Assembly (NCBI GenBank): GCA_964016885.1
Contig: OZ024740.1
Location: 432,326,001-432,390,000 of the forward strand
Direction of reading: 5' to 3'
DNA from: Eledone cirrhosa
Taxonomy: Eukaryota
DNA: 64,000 nt
A model generated the notes under the pieces. The model saw nothing but the letters and a program-made list of their open reading frames with translations, was not told the DNA's origin and did no database searches. Shown here piece by piece: positions 26,758 through 40,179 of the stretch (positions within the stretch are counted from its first letter, which is position 1; each line of letters begins with the position of its first letter). A program made the position numbers and the translations under genes.

Positions 26758-28699
26758 GATATCCATTAAATAATGCAAAACTAAAACTGATAATAGATAC
26801 AATAGCTGTCATGTATTTTTTAAACAAGATAACCATGTTAAGACATATTTATAAAGCAGATATTAGTAATGACAAACATTGTATAATAATGAAGAAATAT
26901 TTCAATATATCAAGCCTTAAAGATAACTTTCTATCTAACCTTTCAATACATATATTGAAAGGTTACAAGTTTAACCTTTTTCTATCTGGAATGGTTTTCC
27001 AGTGATTCCATTATCAAGACAGACCAACAGTTGCCAGTGGACTCTCAGAAGTTTCTGTATAAGGACAGTTTAATTAACTGTTATATTCCCTCAATATGTT
27101 ACAATAACAATCAACTTATGCTTCAAATTTAAAATATAAATGACCAAGCACTCAATATATAAAGACACAAAGCCAATAACAAAATAAAATAAAAGGAATT
27201 ATATTTTTGAAAAGTCAATATAAATTGTTCTTATAAGATGTAAATTATAATTATATTTCATAATTATAATTATATTTCTCTTCTGATTAATAATTTATAC
27301 TTACATCAAATTTCCATAATTAAATAGCAAATATTTTATGAAGCTACCAGGAGATAATTCAAATAACAAAGATGGAAAGGAAGAGGTACACAGTTAATGA
27401 ATGGTCTGGTACTTATGCTATAGATAGGGGGAGGGCTGAATGGCACTGATGATCCAGATAGGATTTGAACTCAGGATGTAAAGAGTTTGAACTACACACT
27501 ATAAGATATTTATTTCATAGCTCTCTTTTCTACCACTACTTTTATCTGGCAATAAATAAGGTAAGACACCCAAGGAAGCAGTAAAATCCACTGCAACACT
27601 TATTAGCAATATTATAACTAGGTAAGATATTTAATGAATTGAAATAGTGAGTAGTGTTTGAAGTGCATGCTTGGTCCCATAACTCCTGAGGGAGTTGTAA
27701 AGATGCCATATTAACATAGTGATTCAAGCACATTTTAAAACCTGGTGGAGCCCATCTCTTCTTCAGGTCTGAATACAGCAGATTTCTTCCAGAGAAGGAT
27801 AAAGAGTGAGAGAGAATGGAAGTGAGAAAGAGATGTAGAGGAAGAATCAACCCCAGTACTAGACTGGTACTTTTTTTATCAACCACAAAAGGATGAAAAG
27901 TAAAGTTCACCTCAACAGAGAGCAAAGAACCAAAATGAATACCACAAAGCATTCTGACATTCTATCAACTCTGCCAATTTGCTGCCTTATATTTAAAATA
28001 GAATGATTAAAAGTAGCTGAAATAATGCATATATATATATATTAATTCATGCAGCAGTCATTCCTTTATTTTTGGGGTTAGTCTAATAAGGATGCTTCAT
28101 CACCAAATTATAGAATTCAGCTGAGCTAGAATATAACTAATATTTCACTTTAGTTTAAATATAAAATTCTATTGAGAAAAAAAAAAAAAAAGAAATTGTT
28201 AGTCTTTAAAATGATTTAATTCATAATTTGATTAAAACGATGCCTTAAAATAAATAAACTATCATCTTAAGATTCTGAGCTTCACAAAGATGACAAAGGA
28301 CATAGATATTTAGCGACATGCCATATTGAAGAAGATCTAACCATTCATCCATGCAAGAATAGTGAAAATGATGCTAATGATAGTGACTGCTATGTATAAC
28401 ATATTTACATTAAGTCTGTTGCCCATTATGTGTAAAATTTACATCTGTCGCCACTCCAATCTCTTTGATACCCTCGTATTTGTATCATTCACCTAATCAC
28501 TTCTCCACTCTACCATATCACACCTGTAATGGGGGAATGACATTTGTCCATATTTAAACCCTGCCCCTCACTACCATCAACCCTATTATCCTCTATTATC
28601 TACTCACTCCAATTAATGTTTCTCTAATCATACTTTGGCTTATTTCACTCTCTCCCTACAGATCATCTTCAGTCATCATCTTTTCATGTTGGTCATATT

Positions 28700-29045
28700 C
28701 TTATGGTCAACCTCATGGTTATGTTGCCTTGGTCAACCTCATGGCCATGTTATGGTCAACCTCATGGTCATATTGTTATGGTCAACCTCATTTATCATGT
28801 TATGGTCGACCTCATGGTCATGTTGTTATGGTCAACCTCATTTATCATGTTATGGTCGACCTCATGGTCATGTTGTTATGGTCAACCTCATTTATCATGT
28901 TATGGTCGACCTCATGGTCATGTTGTTATGGTCAACCTCATTTATCATGTTATGGTCGACCTCATGGTCATGTTATGGTCAACCTCATTTATCATGTTAT
29001 GGTCGACCTCATGGTCATGTTGTTATGGTCAACCTCATGGTTATG
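28700..29045. repeat. Minisatellite, 50-bp dimer of 24+26-bp subunits (ttatggtcaacctcatttatcatg / ttatggtcgacctcatggtcatgttg)
   Basis: tatggtcgac recurs at 28801, 28851, 28901 and onward. Confidence 0.93.
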
Positions 29046-29996
29046 ATGCCTTGGTCAAATGGAAACAACCTAGAGTAGTTAGGACTCATCAGTCTTGCTG
29101 TGTCCAAGACAACCACACCAGTGCTGGTGCCATGATAAATGAATTCTCTGTAAAGTGGAGACATCATACGGTTGAAGACACTTTAGTTTTACCAAGGACA
29201 TGACAACTTCTCTAGTGTTGGTACCATGACAAAATGTACCCAGTACACTCTGTAATGTTTTTTGGTGTTAGGAAAGACACCCAGCTATAGTAACCCCACC
29301 AAAAATGGAACACACTAATAAACCTTGACACACTGACATGTCAAGGAGAGCAGTAACTCTGAGACAGTAATGACCCATCCAACCCATGCTAGAATAGAAA
29401 GAGGAAGTAAAATGATGACAATGATGATGATGATGATTCATATTTCACACCTCATATTCTGACTTGAAAAGAGAAAATGAAGGAGAAATAGGAAAACCCA
29501 GTAGACAAGAGGGGGCAAAGAAAGTCCCGAAACCCAAAATGACTTTTTACTTAATATCCAATACCAAATAGAAATAAAGATAAACAAAAACTAGATGAGA
29601 TATGTATACCTTTATATCAGTGGCATTTATCTACAAACAAAAATAAATGTTATCAAATTAAATACGGCTTTCTTCTCTGTGTGAGTGTGTGTGTGTGTGT
29701 TTATCAGTGTGTCTGCATGCTCCTGCATACAGCTATAAAGATTAAACTAGAATTAGTTATCTATTATTTTAACAAAATAAAACTAACATATTACTTGTTA
29801 GATCTAAATATAGAAAGTATCCAGGTAAAACCATTCTAGAAGAGTTTTCAGAATAAATTAAACTGAAAATAAAAATAACTTTCTGGAGAATCTAATAAAA
29901 ATTAAATCTGTTGTAAAATAATTACTGTAAAAAGGTAAATAACATTGGATACAACTTTGACTAATGATAAACGGAACTATATTTTTCAATAATTAC

Positions 29997-30207
29997 CTTC
30001 TCTTTGTCGGTACCCAGAAGTTTTCTGTCATCCCGATTCTTTAATTTTCCAGGAACTTCAGCAACAGGCAGTGACGTATGGAAAAGAATAAGTTTTCCAG
30101 CACAGTCAGCATTGATCAAAGCTTCCAGTCCAGCTTGGATAACTGGACCTAATACCACTTCAGTTTCTCTGGATTCTCCAAACATCTGAGGTATTTGTGA
30201 GAGCAAA
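29997..30207 (-). CDS. SEC24C: SEC24C/D coding exon 12 ([49 protein letters not shown])
   Basis: Sec24C/D trunk motif [18 protein letters not shown]; ttttcag/gtaatt sites; phase 2/0. Confidence 0.96.
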
Positions 30208-30654
30208 CTGAAAATATAAGAAATTATATCAATCATTTAAAGTCTTTAATTTAAATACATTTCTGCTTTCATCAAATAATTACACAAGGTGTCGTAGTCT
30301 ATATTATGTGGCTTACTACTTTGATTATTTTCCATCTAAATCTGAACTGGCTGATGTCTTCAACGAGGTCATACACCACTGATATGTTACTTTAGATAGC
30401 AGCAACAAGTAATTTGGAACAAACATTCCCTGCTTATGTTCTTCCCCATCAAACCTGGACCTCTCAACTCCAGGAGAGACCTGGAAAATATCATGGGTAC
30501 TCCTTCACCATTTTTGGAAATTATAAAGACTTTCATAATTATTCTACAAAAGATTGCATGTTACCAGAGTCAAGATAAACCAAACCCCTTAACACAAATA
30601 GATAAGATAGACCATGTAAATGAAACTTCAATGTCTTTCTTTCTTTATATATAT

Positions 30655-30905
30655 ATCATCATCATCATCATCATCGTTTAACGTCCATCTTCCACGCTTG
30701 CATCGGTTTGGACGGGAATTTTCCCACTTGAGGCAAGATTGGTTGTCTTGCTCGTATAGGACTGTCTGGTGGGTTTTCTACGGCTTGCCCTTCCTAACAC
30801 CAACCACGTTTACAGTGTGGACTGGGAGGTTTTTACCATGTTACCTACACGGCCACATTACAGCGTGGACTGTGTGTTTTTTTTGTTGTGACACCTACAC
30901 GACCT
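30655..30905 (-). mobile_element. Non-autonomous RTE-related element (5'UTR-like segment + (GAT)n tail)
   Basis: Same family as 34640-34870, 38785-39025, 55560-55850 and 56385-56645 (ggtgttaggaagggcatccagc..acccatgctagcatgga..gatgatgat). Confidence 0.75.
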
Positions 30906-30916
30906 CATTTATATAT

Positions 30917-31255
30917 ATCATCATCATCATTTCACGTCCGCTTTTTCCCTGCTTGCAAGGGTGGGACGGGAACTGATTCTGGCTTGATTTCTACAGCTGG
31001 ATGCCCTTCCTAACACCAACCTCATTTACAGTGAGTGCTGGGTGCTTTTTTGCCGTGGCACCTCCTCGACCACTTTGCAGTGGAATGATATGGACCCCAG
31101 TTCCTATCATCTCATTTCTACAGCTGAGTAAACTGGAGCAATGTGAAATAAAGTGTGTTGCTCAAGGAAACAACACATCACCCGGTCTGAGAATTGAACT
31201 CACAACCTTTCGATTGCAAGGCCAATGCTCTAACCACTAAGCCATGTGCCTCCAT
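30917..31255 (-). mobile_element. tRNA-derived SINE family B
   Basis: Reverse complement of the copies at 43596 and 55918; A box tggcttagtgg, B box gagttcaattc, (GAT)n tail. Confidence 0.88.
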
Positions 31256-31309
31256 ATATATATTTAAGTTGTTTATGAAAATTTGAATGCAAGTAAAGTT
31301 ATTACTTAC

Positions 31310-31422
31310 CTATCAATTACTGTCTCACATTCTGATAACTTGACTAAAAATCCATCAAGTAATGGCATAAATACATCTTCAATATCAGAAACTACCAGCA
31401 TCTGGGGTTGTGCTAGTGAACC
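31310..31422 (-). CDS. SEC24C: SEC24C/D coding exon 11 ([37 protein letters not shown])
   Basis: [17 protein letters not shown] motif; ctaaag/gtaagt sites; phase 0/2. Confidence 0.95.
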
Positions 31423-31614
31423 CTTTAGAAAAATTCAGTAAAAAATCTAACTTAAAAAAGTGGGTAGAAAATATACAAGTTCATTTAAATGAGCACACAA
31501 TTTAAGTATGGGGTTTATTAATTCAAATGTTTAGAGGACAGATTGTTGTGAAAGTTTTAGAGTGAAGGATTTAATATTTCATGTGATTCAGTCATAGTGT
31601 TTTGTACTTTTTAA

Positions 31615-32060
31615 GAATGTCTAGTTAATGTAGCTTCATGTGGCCCAGGATTTTCTAATGTAGCTTCATGTGGTACAAGATGTTAAGAATGTCTTGCTAA
31701 TGTAGCTTTATGTGGTACAGGATGTCAAGAAGGTTTTGCTAATGTAGCTTCATGTGGTACAGGATGTCAAGAATGTCTTGCTAATGTAGCTTCATGTGGT
31801 ACAAGATGTCAAGAATGTCTTGCTAATGTAGCTTCATGTGGTACAGGCCTTGTTAATGTAGTTTCATGTGGTATAAGATGTTAAGAATGTCTTGCTAATG
31901 TAGCTTCATGTGGTACAGGATGTCAAGAAGGTCTTGCTAATGTAGTTTCATGTGGCACAGGCCTTGCTAATGTAGTTTCATGTGGTACAGGCTTTGCTAA
32001 TGTAGCTTCATGTGGTCCAGGCCTTGCTGATGTAGCTTCATGTGGTACAGGATGTTAAGA
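31615..32060. repeat. Minisatellite with ~42/30-bp units (aatgtagcttcatgtggtacagg...cttgct)
   Basis: About a dozen recurrences of aatgtagcttcatgtgg. Confidence 0.9.
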
Positions 32061-32193
32061 GTTAAAGGAAACTTAACAATTAAAAGAAATATGACTTTTA
32101 AACTGAAGATTTTAACTGAAAGACACAAAAGCCCAAAATACCAAATAACACTGGAATAATTGTAATTTATAAGATGATAATAAAATTACTTAC

Positions 32194-32272
32194 TTTAACA
32201 TTATAAAAATGTATTTCTTTTGCATAAGTAAGAAATCCAACTCTAATTTCTGATTCTGTAGCTCCTGCCTCC
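32194..32272 (-). CDS. SEC24C: SEC24C/D coding exon 10 (REAGATESEIRVGFLTYAKEIHFYNVK)
   Basis: RVGF.TY...HFYNVK motif; gtttag/gtaagt sites; phase 2/0. Confidence 0.94.
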
Positions 32273-33055
32273 CTAAACAATATAAAATGTAATATGAGTT
32301 TAATATATTGGTGAAGGCTGAGTGGTTAGAGAATTAGATTCACAATCTTGAGGTTGTGAGTTTGAATCCTGGACTGGGCAATGCATTATGTCTTTGAGCA
32401 AGACACTTTATTTTGTTGCTCCTTCTACCTGGAGTTGCGACCGATAGACAGTATTAGCAACTGGAAAGACCAATGGAAACATTGTTTCCTCGGTCCGATT
32501 TGACGAAAGTCGATCGATCCTTTTTTAATATATTGGAATTTGTACAACATTTGGGTTTATAAAAGGACAGAAGACTAAAAATACATATAGTAAGTATGGT
32601 AAAAATACAAACAGTTGCATTTTAGAGATTTTATCTCCTCATCAGAAGATAACTACTTGTATGACTATATATAGAGGAATATATAACAGAACATGTCAAG
32701 AAGGATGTAGAATATGGATGAAATTAACAGTAGAATTTGCATGATGTAAACATGTTTTGGCAGCGTGATTAATTAAATAATAAATATTTATACTAAAACA
32801 CAGCATACATTAAGGTAAATTTAATGTAGATGTAATTAAAATTCCTTAATTAAAAGTCTCTACTGTAAACCACTATAATAAACATATCATTCATAAAATA
32901 CAATTAGAATCTTTGATTAATTATTAAAATGACTTTTACAAATGTAAAATAATTCATTTTATATTAGCTACAACTCTCCACAAATCTCAATAAAATCTAG
33001 AAAATACTTCAGATGACCCTCTACAAAGTTCCAGCAAGATGGACAATGGAAGACT

Positions 33056-33892
33056 ACTACCATATCTGAGCTGGTGTCACTGCTACCATATCTGGGCTGG
33101 TGTCACTGCTACCATATCTGAGCTGGTGTCACTGCTACCATATCTGAGCTGGTGTCACTGCTACCATATCTGAGCTGGTGTCACTGCTACCATATCTGAG
33201 CTGGTGTCACTGCTACCATATCTGAGCTGGTGTCACTGCTACCATATCTGAGCTGGTGTCACTGCTACCATATCTGAGCTGGTGTCACTGCTACCATATC
33301 TGAGCTGGTGTCACTGCTACCATATCTGAGCTGGTGTCACTGCTACCATATCTGAGCTGGTGTCACTGCTACCATATCTGAGCTGGTGTCAGTGCTACCA
33401 TATCTGAGCTGGTGTCAGTGCTACCATATCTGAGCTGGTGTCAGTGCTACCATATCTGAGCTGGTGTCAGTGCTACCATATCTGAGCTGGTGTCAGTGCT
33501 ACCATATCTGAGCTGGTGTCAGTGCTACCATATCTGAGCTGGTGTCACTGCTACCATATCTGAGCTGGTGTCAGTGCTACCATATCTGAGCTGGTGTCAG
33601 TGCTACCATATCTGAGCTGGTGTCAGTGCTACCATATCTGAGCTGGTGTCAGTGCTACCATATCTGAGCTGGTGTCACTGCTACCATATCTGAGCTGGTG
33701 TCAGTGCTACCATATCTGAGCTGGTGTCAGTGCTACCATATCTGAGCTGGTGTCAGTGCTACCATATCTGAGCTGGTGTCAGTGCTACCATATCTGAGCT
33801 GGTGTCAGTGCTACCATATCTGAGCTGGTGTCACTGCTACCATATCTGAGCTGGTGTCACTGCTACCATATCTGAGCTGGTGTCAGTGCTAC
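33056..33892. repeat. 26-bp minisatellite (tgctaccatatctgagctggtgtcaS), ~32 copies
   Basis: Exact 26-bp period. Confidence 0.97.
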
Positions 33893-34469
33893 ATACAAAA
33901 ATCTTAGGTGACATCCAGCAGAAGATCAACAGACTGTTTCACAACTCACTAATGTATTACAACCTCTGTCTCATTTTAAAATACCACAAACTATTTTGTT
34001 TGATGTTCTAACGAATGTGCCAATTTACCAAATAATTATAATAATGGTTTCTATTGTAATTGTAAGGCCAGCAATATGAGGAGCGAGGGGGGCATTATAT
34101 TGACCCTAGCAGTTGACTGGTACTTTATTTTATTGGCTATGGAAGGATAAAAGGCTGAATTGGCCTTGACAGGATTTGAATTCAGAACAGAACAAAAAGT
34201 AATAACAACAATAGTGATAATAATAATACTGGTTTCTGATTTAGGCACAAGGCCAGAAATTTTGGGGGGAGGGAAAAGTTGATTAATTGGATCCCAGTGC
34301 ATCACTGGTACTTTATTTTATTGACCTGGTAAGGATGAAAGGCAAAGCTAACTTCAGCAGGGTTTGAATTCAGTGTGACAACAACTGTAAAACAGAGACT
34401 AGTAATGGAAACTCCTGCTCTAGAAAAATGTAAACAAACTTCTGCAAACAGAAAATTGATTGTATGTAC

Positions 34470-34597
34470 CTTGGTAAATTAACAAGTATTTCTTTTTTTA
34501 ATCTGGAGCAAATCAAATGGACTAAACCATTTCTGACACTGTTGTAGGAAACATCAATGCAAAATATAAATGCAGGACAATTGGGAGGTTTTCCATT
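34470..34597 (-). CDS. SEC24C: SEC24C/D coding exon 9 (NGKPPNCPAFIFCIDVSYNSVRNGLVHLICSRLKKEILVNLP), start of trunk domain
   Basis: PAFIF.IDVSYN motif; ttttcag/gtacat sites; phase 0/2. Confidence 0.95.
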
Positions 34598-35940
34598 CTG
34601 AAAAACAATAAAATATATATATCTGTAAAGTTATGTTGGTACCACAGAACATCCAGTCCACACTAAAGTGGTCGTGTAGGTGTCCCGACAAAAAGCACCC
34701 AGTCGACACTGTAAATGTGGTTGGCATTAGGAAGGGCATCCACAGAAAACCAGCCAGAAACAGTTCTATACGAGCGAGACATGGTCACCTGACCAATCTT
34801 TCCTCAAGTGGGACAAACCCATCTAACCCATGCTAACATGGAAGATGGATGTTAAACGATGATGATGATGTATATATATATATATAATGGTGGTGCTCCA
34901 GCATGGCCTCAGCCTGTGGGCTGGAACACATTATAGAGTAACAGAGTAATGTATATATATATCATCATCATTTAACGTCCATTTTCCATGCTAGTATGGG
35001 TATAGATATATAACAGAGGATGTATACATAAAACCATCTCTTCCTTATAGTTTCTACTTTTGGCACAAGGCCAGCAATTATCCCAGTGTATTACTGGTAC
35101 ATAATATTGATACTCTGTCTGGTACATTATAGCTAATACCTTAAGAGACACACATCATGGAGTGCTTACATCTGTTTACACTACAGTTAGTCAATTAATT
35201 GATTAACCAACATTTCTTTATTTGAATAATATATACTTATATTTTTAAAAGATATATTTCTTTAGTATCAATAGAAATGTAAACATATCCATTAACAAAC
35301 ATAAGTCACTATCATTTAAAAGAAAAAATAGGCTTTTGTTGTTTTGTTTAAACAATATTCTGGATAAAATGATTTTTAATATAAAATATATTTTATCAAA
35401 ATCTGAAATTATTAGATTTGAGATAAAAATACAGAAAATGGTGTTACTTTTAATATTTTAAAAAGAGAAATTTCATGATAAAATTATACAATTATGGAGT
35501 AAGACTAAGTTTTAACGAAAGAAAAGAAAAAGAATATTGGACATCCCAAAGATATCAATATATATTCAATATACTTATAAAATGGTCAAACAGAGAAAAA
35601 GAAAGCAGCATTGGAAAGGACTATAAATGCCATAAATGAGAGGAAAAGGAGTAGAGCAAGGACTATTAGACAAAGGAAGGGGGGACAGTGACAGACTCTA
35701 CACTTAGGTCAGAGTGGTGTTTCTTTTTCTGTATGTTTGACCAATTTATAATTGTTTCTACTATTAGCACAAGGCCAGCAATTATCCCAGTACATTACTG
35801 GTACTTTATTTTATCAACCCCGTAAGGATGAAAAGCAAAGTTAACCTTGGCGGGATTTGAACTCAGATCGTAAAGGGACGTAACTCTGCTGGTAAGCATG
35901 TCCGACTCTCATTAAGATAAATAAATATTCATATACTTAC

Positions 35941-36056
35941 TTTACAATAATCTTTGGTAGCTACAAATTCATAAGAACCTAAACATAATTCTGGTCTATC
36001 ATAACAATCCACTCTTCGACCAGTATGGTCAAGATGTGCAAAATATTCAGAAGGAA
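35941..36056 (-). CDS. SEC24C: SEC24C/D coding exon 8 ([39 protein letters not shown])
   Basis: YF.HLDHTG.R.D..DRPEL..GSYEF.AT.DYC motif; ttctag/gtaagt sites; phase 1/0. Confidence 0.96.
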
Positions 36057-36959
36057 CTAGAAGTAAAAAAAACAAAAGGTTTCAGATCAGAAAGACCGAA
36101 TACTAAAACATATTGGTTTAATACAAATCATGCCAATCTAAGTGTAAATGGAACTTATTGAAACCATTATTTGAAAAGTTGAAATGATTAAATTTACTTC
36201 ATTAATTATTAACAAATCAGTAATATTCTGATTGAACATTTTGTTAAGTGAAATAAAATTTAAAAAATTCCTTATCAGGAAACAAAAAAAAAAGAAAAAG
36301 AGTAAGAAAAGTGAATTAAGTAACAAAAGAAAAGGAGGGAGAGGCGGGTGACAGACTCTACATCTCAGTCTGAGTGGTGTAGATAAAATGGCAAAGGTAT
36401 TGTTGCAGAGAATAGCCACCCACTGCAACAACCACCCTACCTCTCGAGGATCCTTCCTCCTGTGAGCTGCTGTATTTCTAATTTTATGAGGGAAATGAAG
36501 CAGTGCAAGGAGTGAGGACACCTCAAGTCTCGACAGCAACCATCTTTCCTTATTGCAATGTAAATTGTTCAAAAAATAAACATTTCATACAATTAAATAA
36601 ATTTTTTTTAAAATATTTTTTAAATTCTGTATGAAATCTTTATTTTCTAAGATGAACTAATATGTAAGAACGTGGATTATGGCAGAACAATAATAATTTT
36701 CTACATCATGACAACTCTCAAGAGTCAAGGAAACAAGGAATATGTTTTAAAATTTAAACACAAAACTATCAGGTTATGACATGAAGGAGTGATTCTGTAA
36801 TTTAAATTACTTAATATCATATTTTTCCATTATATTTCTTTCTGTTTTGATAAAGAAAATCTTCATTTGTAAGTTTCTAAATCACCTATCAAACTATTTC
36901 AAGTTTAATGTAACAACAAATGTAATTTAAGACCAACCATTTGACATAGGAAAACATAC

Positions 36960-37098
36960 CTTCTGTGGCTGCATTACAGAACACACATTGAAATCGTCGA
37001 CCACCATCAATAAACTGCATATGAGGACTCATATAAGACTTGCACCTTTTACAACGCACTGGACCAAGCTCTCCTAAATCCACAAGTGGAGGTAGTTG
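36960..37098 (-). CDS. SEC24C: SEC24C/D coding exon 7, Sec23/24 zinc finger ([30 protein letters not shown])
   Basis: RCxRCxxY..P...F..GGRRF.CxxC zinc finger; ttctag/gtatgt sites; phase 0/1. Confidence 0.97.
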
Positions 37099-37329
37099 CT
37101 AGAAAAAAACACAAGTAGGAAAAATTATGGAAGGCATCTAAAGAAATATATTAATAGATTAACAATACATGTTGTATTACAGAAGTATAATAGCTTAACA
37201 ATACATATTGTGTTATAGAAGTATAATAGCTTAACAATACATATTGTGTTATAGAAATGTTCCACAGTGGTTAACAACACATATTGTGTTATAGAAATGT
37301 TCGACATTGCAAACAGAAGTTTAGCTGTT

Positions 37330-37830
37330 GTATAAAACAGTAATTCCTAAACTGTTTTTGTTGCAGCAATCTTCAGCATCTGGTATTCCGAAGGAGGTAG
37401 GTGTAAATGCCAAACCCACTATCTTCAATTCAGTATTTGTGCCAACCCTTACCTTTGGTAATGACCAAAAGAATACAATTGCGAATACAAGCGACCAAAA
37501 TAAGGTTCCGCTGAAGGTTTTTTTTTAGTAACATTTCTTGATAGCGTGCGTAGTTCGGAGATCAGGGAGTTACTCCAGGTAGAGCTGCTACTTTTCTGAT
37601 GAGAGATGACAGCTCTGATATTACACACATGTTGTTAGACTGTGTAAGGAAAGAATCACTGGATAGATTTTATGGGCAAAAACCAACTGACAGGAGACCC
37701 AGGGGTAGACCCCAAGCAAGATCGTTGGATAACAATCATGAGCTCAGCTGGTCTTGGGGATCCAGCCAGATCAAAGGCATGTTTGAGGATTCAGCCCCCA
37801 CAACCATCCCGGGAATAAGTAGGCGAAGAA
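37330..37830 (+). mobile_element. Old RTE-type LINE 3' fragment
   Basis: Remnant peptides IFNSVFVPTLTFG and RRPRGRP across frameshifts. Confidence 0.6.
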
Positions 37831-38038
37831 GAAAAAGTATCTATGACTTCATTAATCTAATGTATCCTACATGTTTTAGCATCTATGGCTTCATTAATCT
37901 AATGTATCCTACATGTTTTAGCATCTATGCATTTTGTTTTATTTATCAACCTTAAATGGTCAATTTCTTCAGCCAATGATAGGTGAGTCATATTTTTGTT
38001 ATTTTAATCAACAAATCAATCAATAAAACGCAACCAAC

Positions 38039-38166
38039 CTCTTCTTTATGTAATTTGGCAAATGGAGTAATAGTCAATGCAAATGGTATATGGGAATTCT
38101 TTAGCATATCAGCTGTACAGGGAACATTGTACATTGTACTCCGAATATATCTTGGGTTACTGTTAC
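38039..38166 (-). CDS. SEC24C: SEC24C/D coding exon 6 (GNSNPRYIRSTMYNVPCTADMLKNSHIPFALTITPFAKLHKEE)
   Basis: GN..PRYIR.T.Y..PCT.DM motif; tttcag/gttggt sites; phase 1/0. Confidence 0.96.
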
Positions 38167-38402
38167 CTGAAATACAAATAAAACAGAAAATTAATGCAGG
38201 GAAACATGGGATTTAAACATCTTTTATTTATTGAGTTGAAGGAAAATCTTGTTAAAGTATTCATTTTGGTTGAGTTGACTCATCTATATTCAGGGCCAAA
38301 CACTTTCCCTTGTTTATGTGGGTATATCACCATCATTACCGTTTAATTGCCATTTTTCCATGGTAACATGGATATATATATATATATATATATATATGTG
38401 TA

Positions 38403-38593
38403 TATAATTGTTTCTACTTTAGGCACAAGGCCAGCAATTACCCAGTGCATTACTGGTACTTTATTTTATCTACCCCGTAAGGATGAAAGGCAAAGTTAAC
38501 CTCGGCGGGATTTGAATTCAGAATAGCAAGGGCCGTAACTCTATGCGTCAAAGCATGGCGTCCGACTTTCTACGATACTGCCAATCCACCGCC
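38403..38593 (-). mobile_element. tRNA-derived SINE family A (near full length); other copies at ~35748-35910, 42056-42249, 42808-42945, 48325-48462 (all -) and 52673-52905 (+)
   Basis: Shared A box tggcagtatcgg, B box gagttcaaatc, body ctttgcctttcatccttacggggtcgataaaataaagtaccag, tail gtagaaacaattata. Confidence 0.88.
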
Positions 38594-39135
38594 TTTGTGC
38601 GTATATAATATATAATATATACATTAAATGATGATGATGATATAATCATCATCATCATCGTTTAATGTCCATCTTCCACGCTAGCATGGGTTGGACGGTT
38701 TTGTCCCACTTGAGGTGAGGTTGGTCAGGAGACTGTCTCGCTCGTATGTATATGGATATGTGTGTGTGTGTATATATATATATATCACGGCAAAAGGGCG
38801 CCCGGCCCACACTGTAAAGTGGACGTGTGGGCGCCACGGAAAAAAATGACCCAGCACTCACTGTAAATGAGGTTGGTGTCAGGAAGGGCATCCAGCTGTA
38901 GAAATCAAGCCAGAATCAGTTCCTCTATGAGCAAGACAAGGTCAGCTGACTGGACACTGCCCACAACAGGACAACTCATCTAACCCATGCTAGCGTGGAG
39001 GAACGGACATAAAACGGTGATGATAGTAATAATAATAATAATATTTATACTTATATATGGTTTACTAAGTACTAGCCAGTTACCGGTAGGAGAAAAGGCT
39101 CAATGTAAATGATCAAATGTATTAGAGAGCCGATC

Positions 39136-40179
39136 TACAAAATATAAAACAATCAAATCTTAGTTTAATTCATTTAATTGCTGACAATTGTTTCTTCCAG
39201 ACAAATATCTGGAATCATCAGAGCATATAGAATGTTTAAACAGGTAATTAAAATCCTAGTCTTCAGAACATTTATATAGATATATAACTATTGCCAGTGT
39301 CAGTGACATCATATAGAAAAGCAGGAGTTACAGAAGGATGTTATGCTACAGATATCACAGTATAAGGAGCAATGGTGAAGAGTGAAATATTGAGCATATT
39401 ATGTATGAAGATATTGTTTAAGGTAATACATGTGTAAAAGATACAAGCAAAAAAAGATGTAAGATAAGATAGATAAAAGATATCATAGCATTGGGAATCA
39501 GGTAATGTTGAGGGCATATAGTGCAAGAGTCAATAAAATTAATAAAGGCATGTATGAGGTAAGAGTTATATAATAAATGAAACAAGCATATTTCATATAG
39601 AATGTAAAAGCATGTTAAAAGTGTTAGAAATGTTTAACATTTTTTAAATGGCATGCAATATGGTAGGGAGATATGTGGTGATAAAATGGATATATGTTAT
39701 GTAAAGTATAATGCAAAAAACGTATATGAAATATGCTTGTTTCATTTATTATATAACACTTATCTCATATATGCCTTTATTAATTTTATTGACTCTTGCA
39801 CTATATACCCTCAACATTACCTGATTCCCAATGCTATGATATCTTTTATCTATCTTATCTTACATCTTTTTTTGCTTGTATCTTTTACACATGTATTACC
39901 TTAAACAATATCTTCATACATAATATGCTCAATATTTCACTCTTCACCATTGCTCCTTATACTGTGATATCTGTAGCATAACATCCTTCTGTAACTCCTG
40001 CTTTTCTATATGATGTCACTGACACTGGCAATAGTTATATATCTATATAAATGTTCTGAAGACTAGGATTTTAATTACCTGTTTAAACATTCTATATGCT
40101 CTGATGATTCCAGATATTTGTCTGGAAGAAACAATTGTCAGCAATTAAATGTATTAAACTAAGATTTGATTTTATATTT

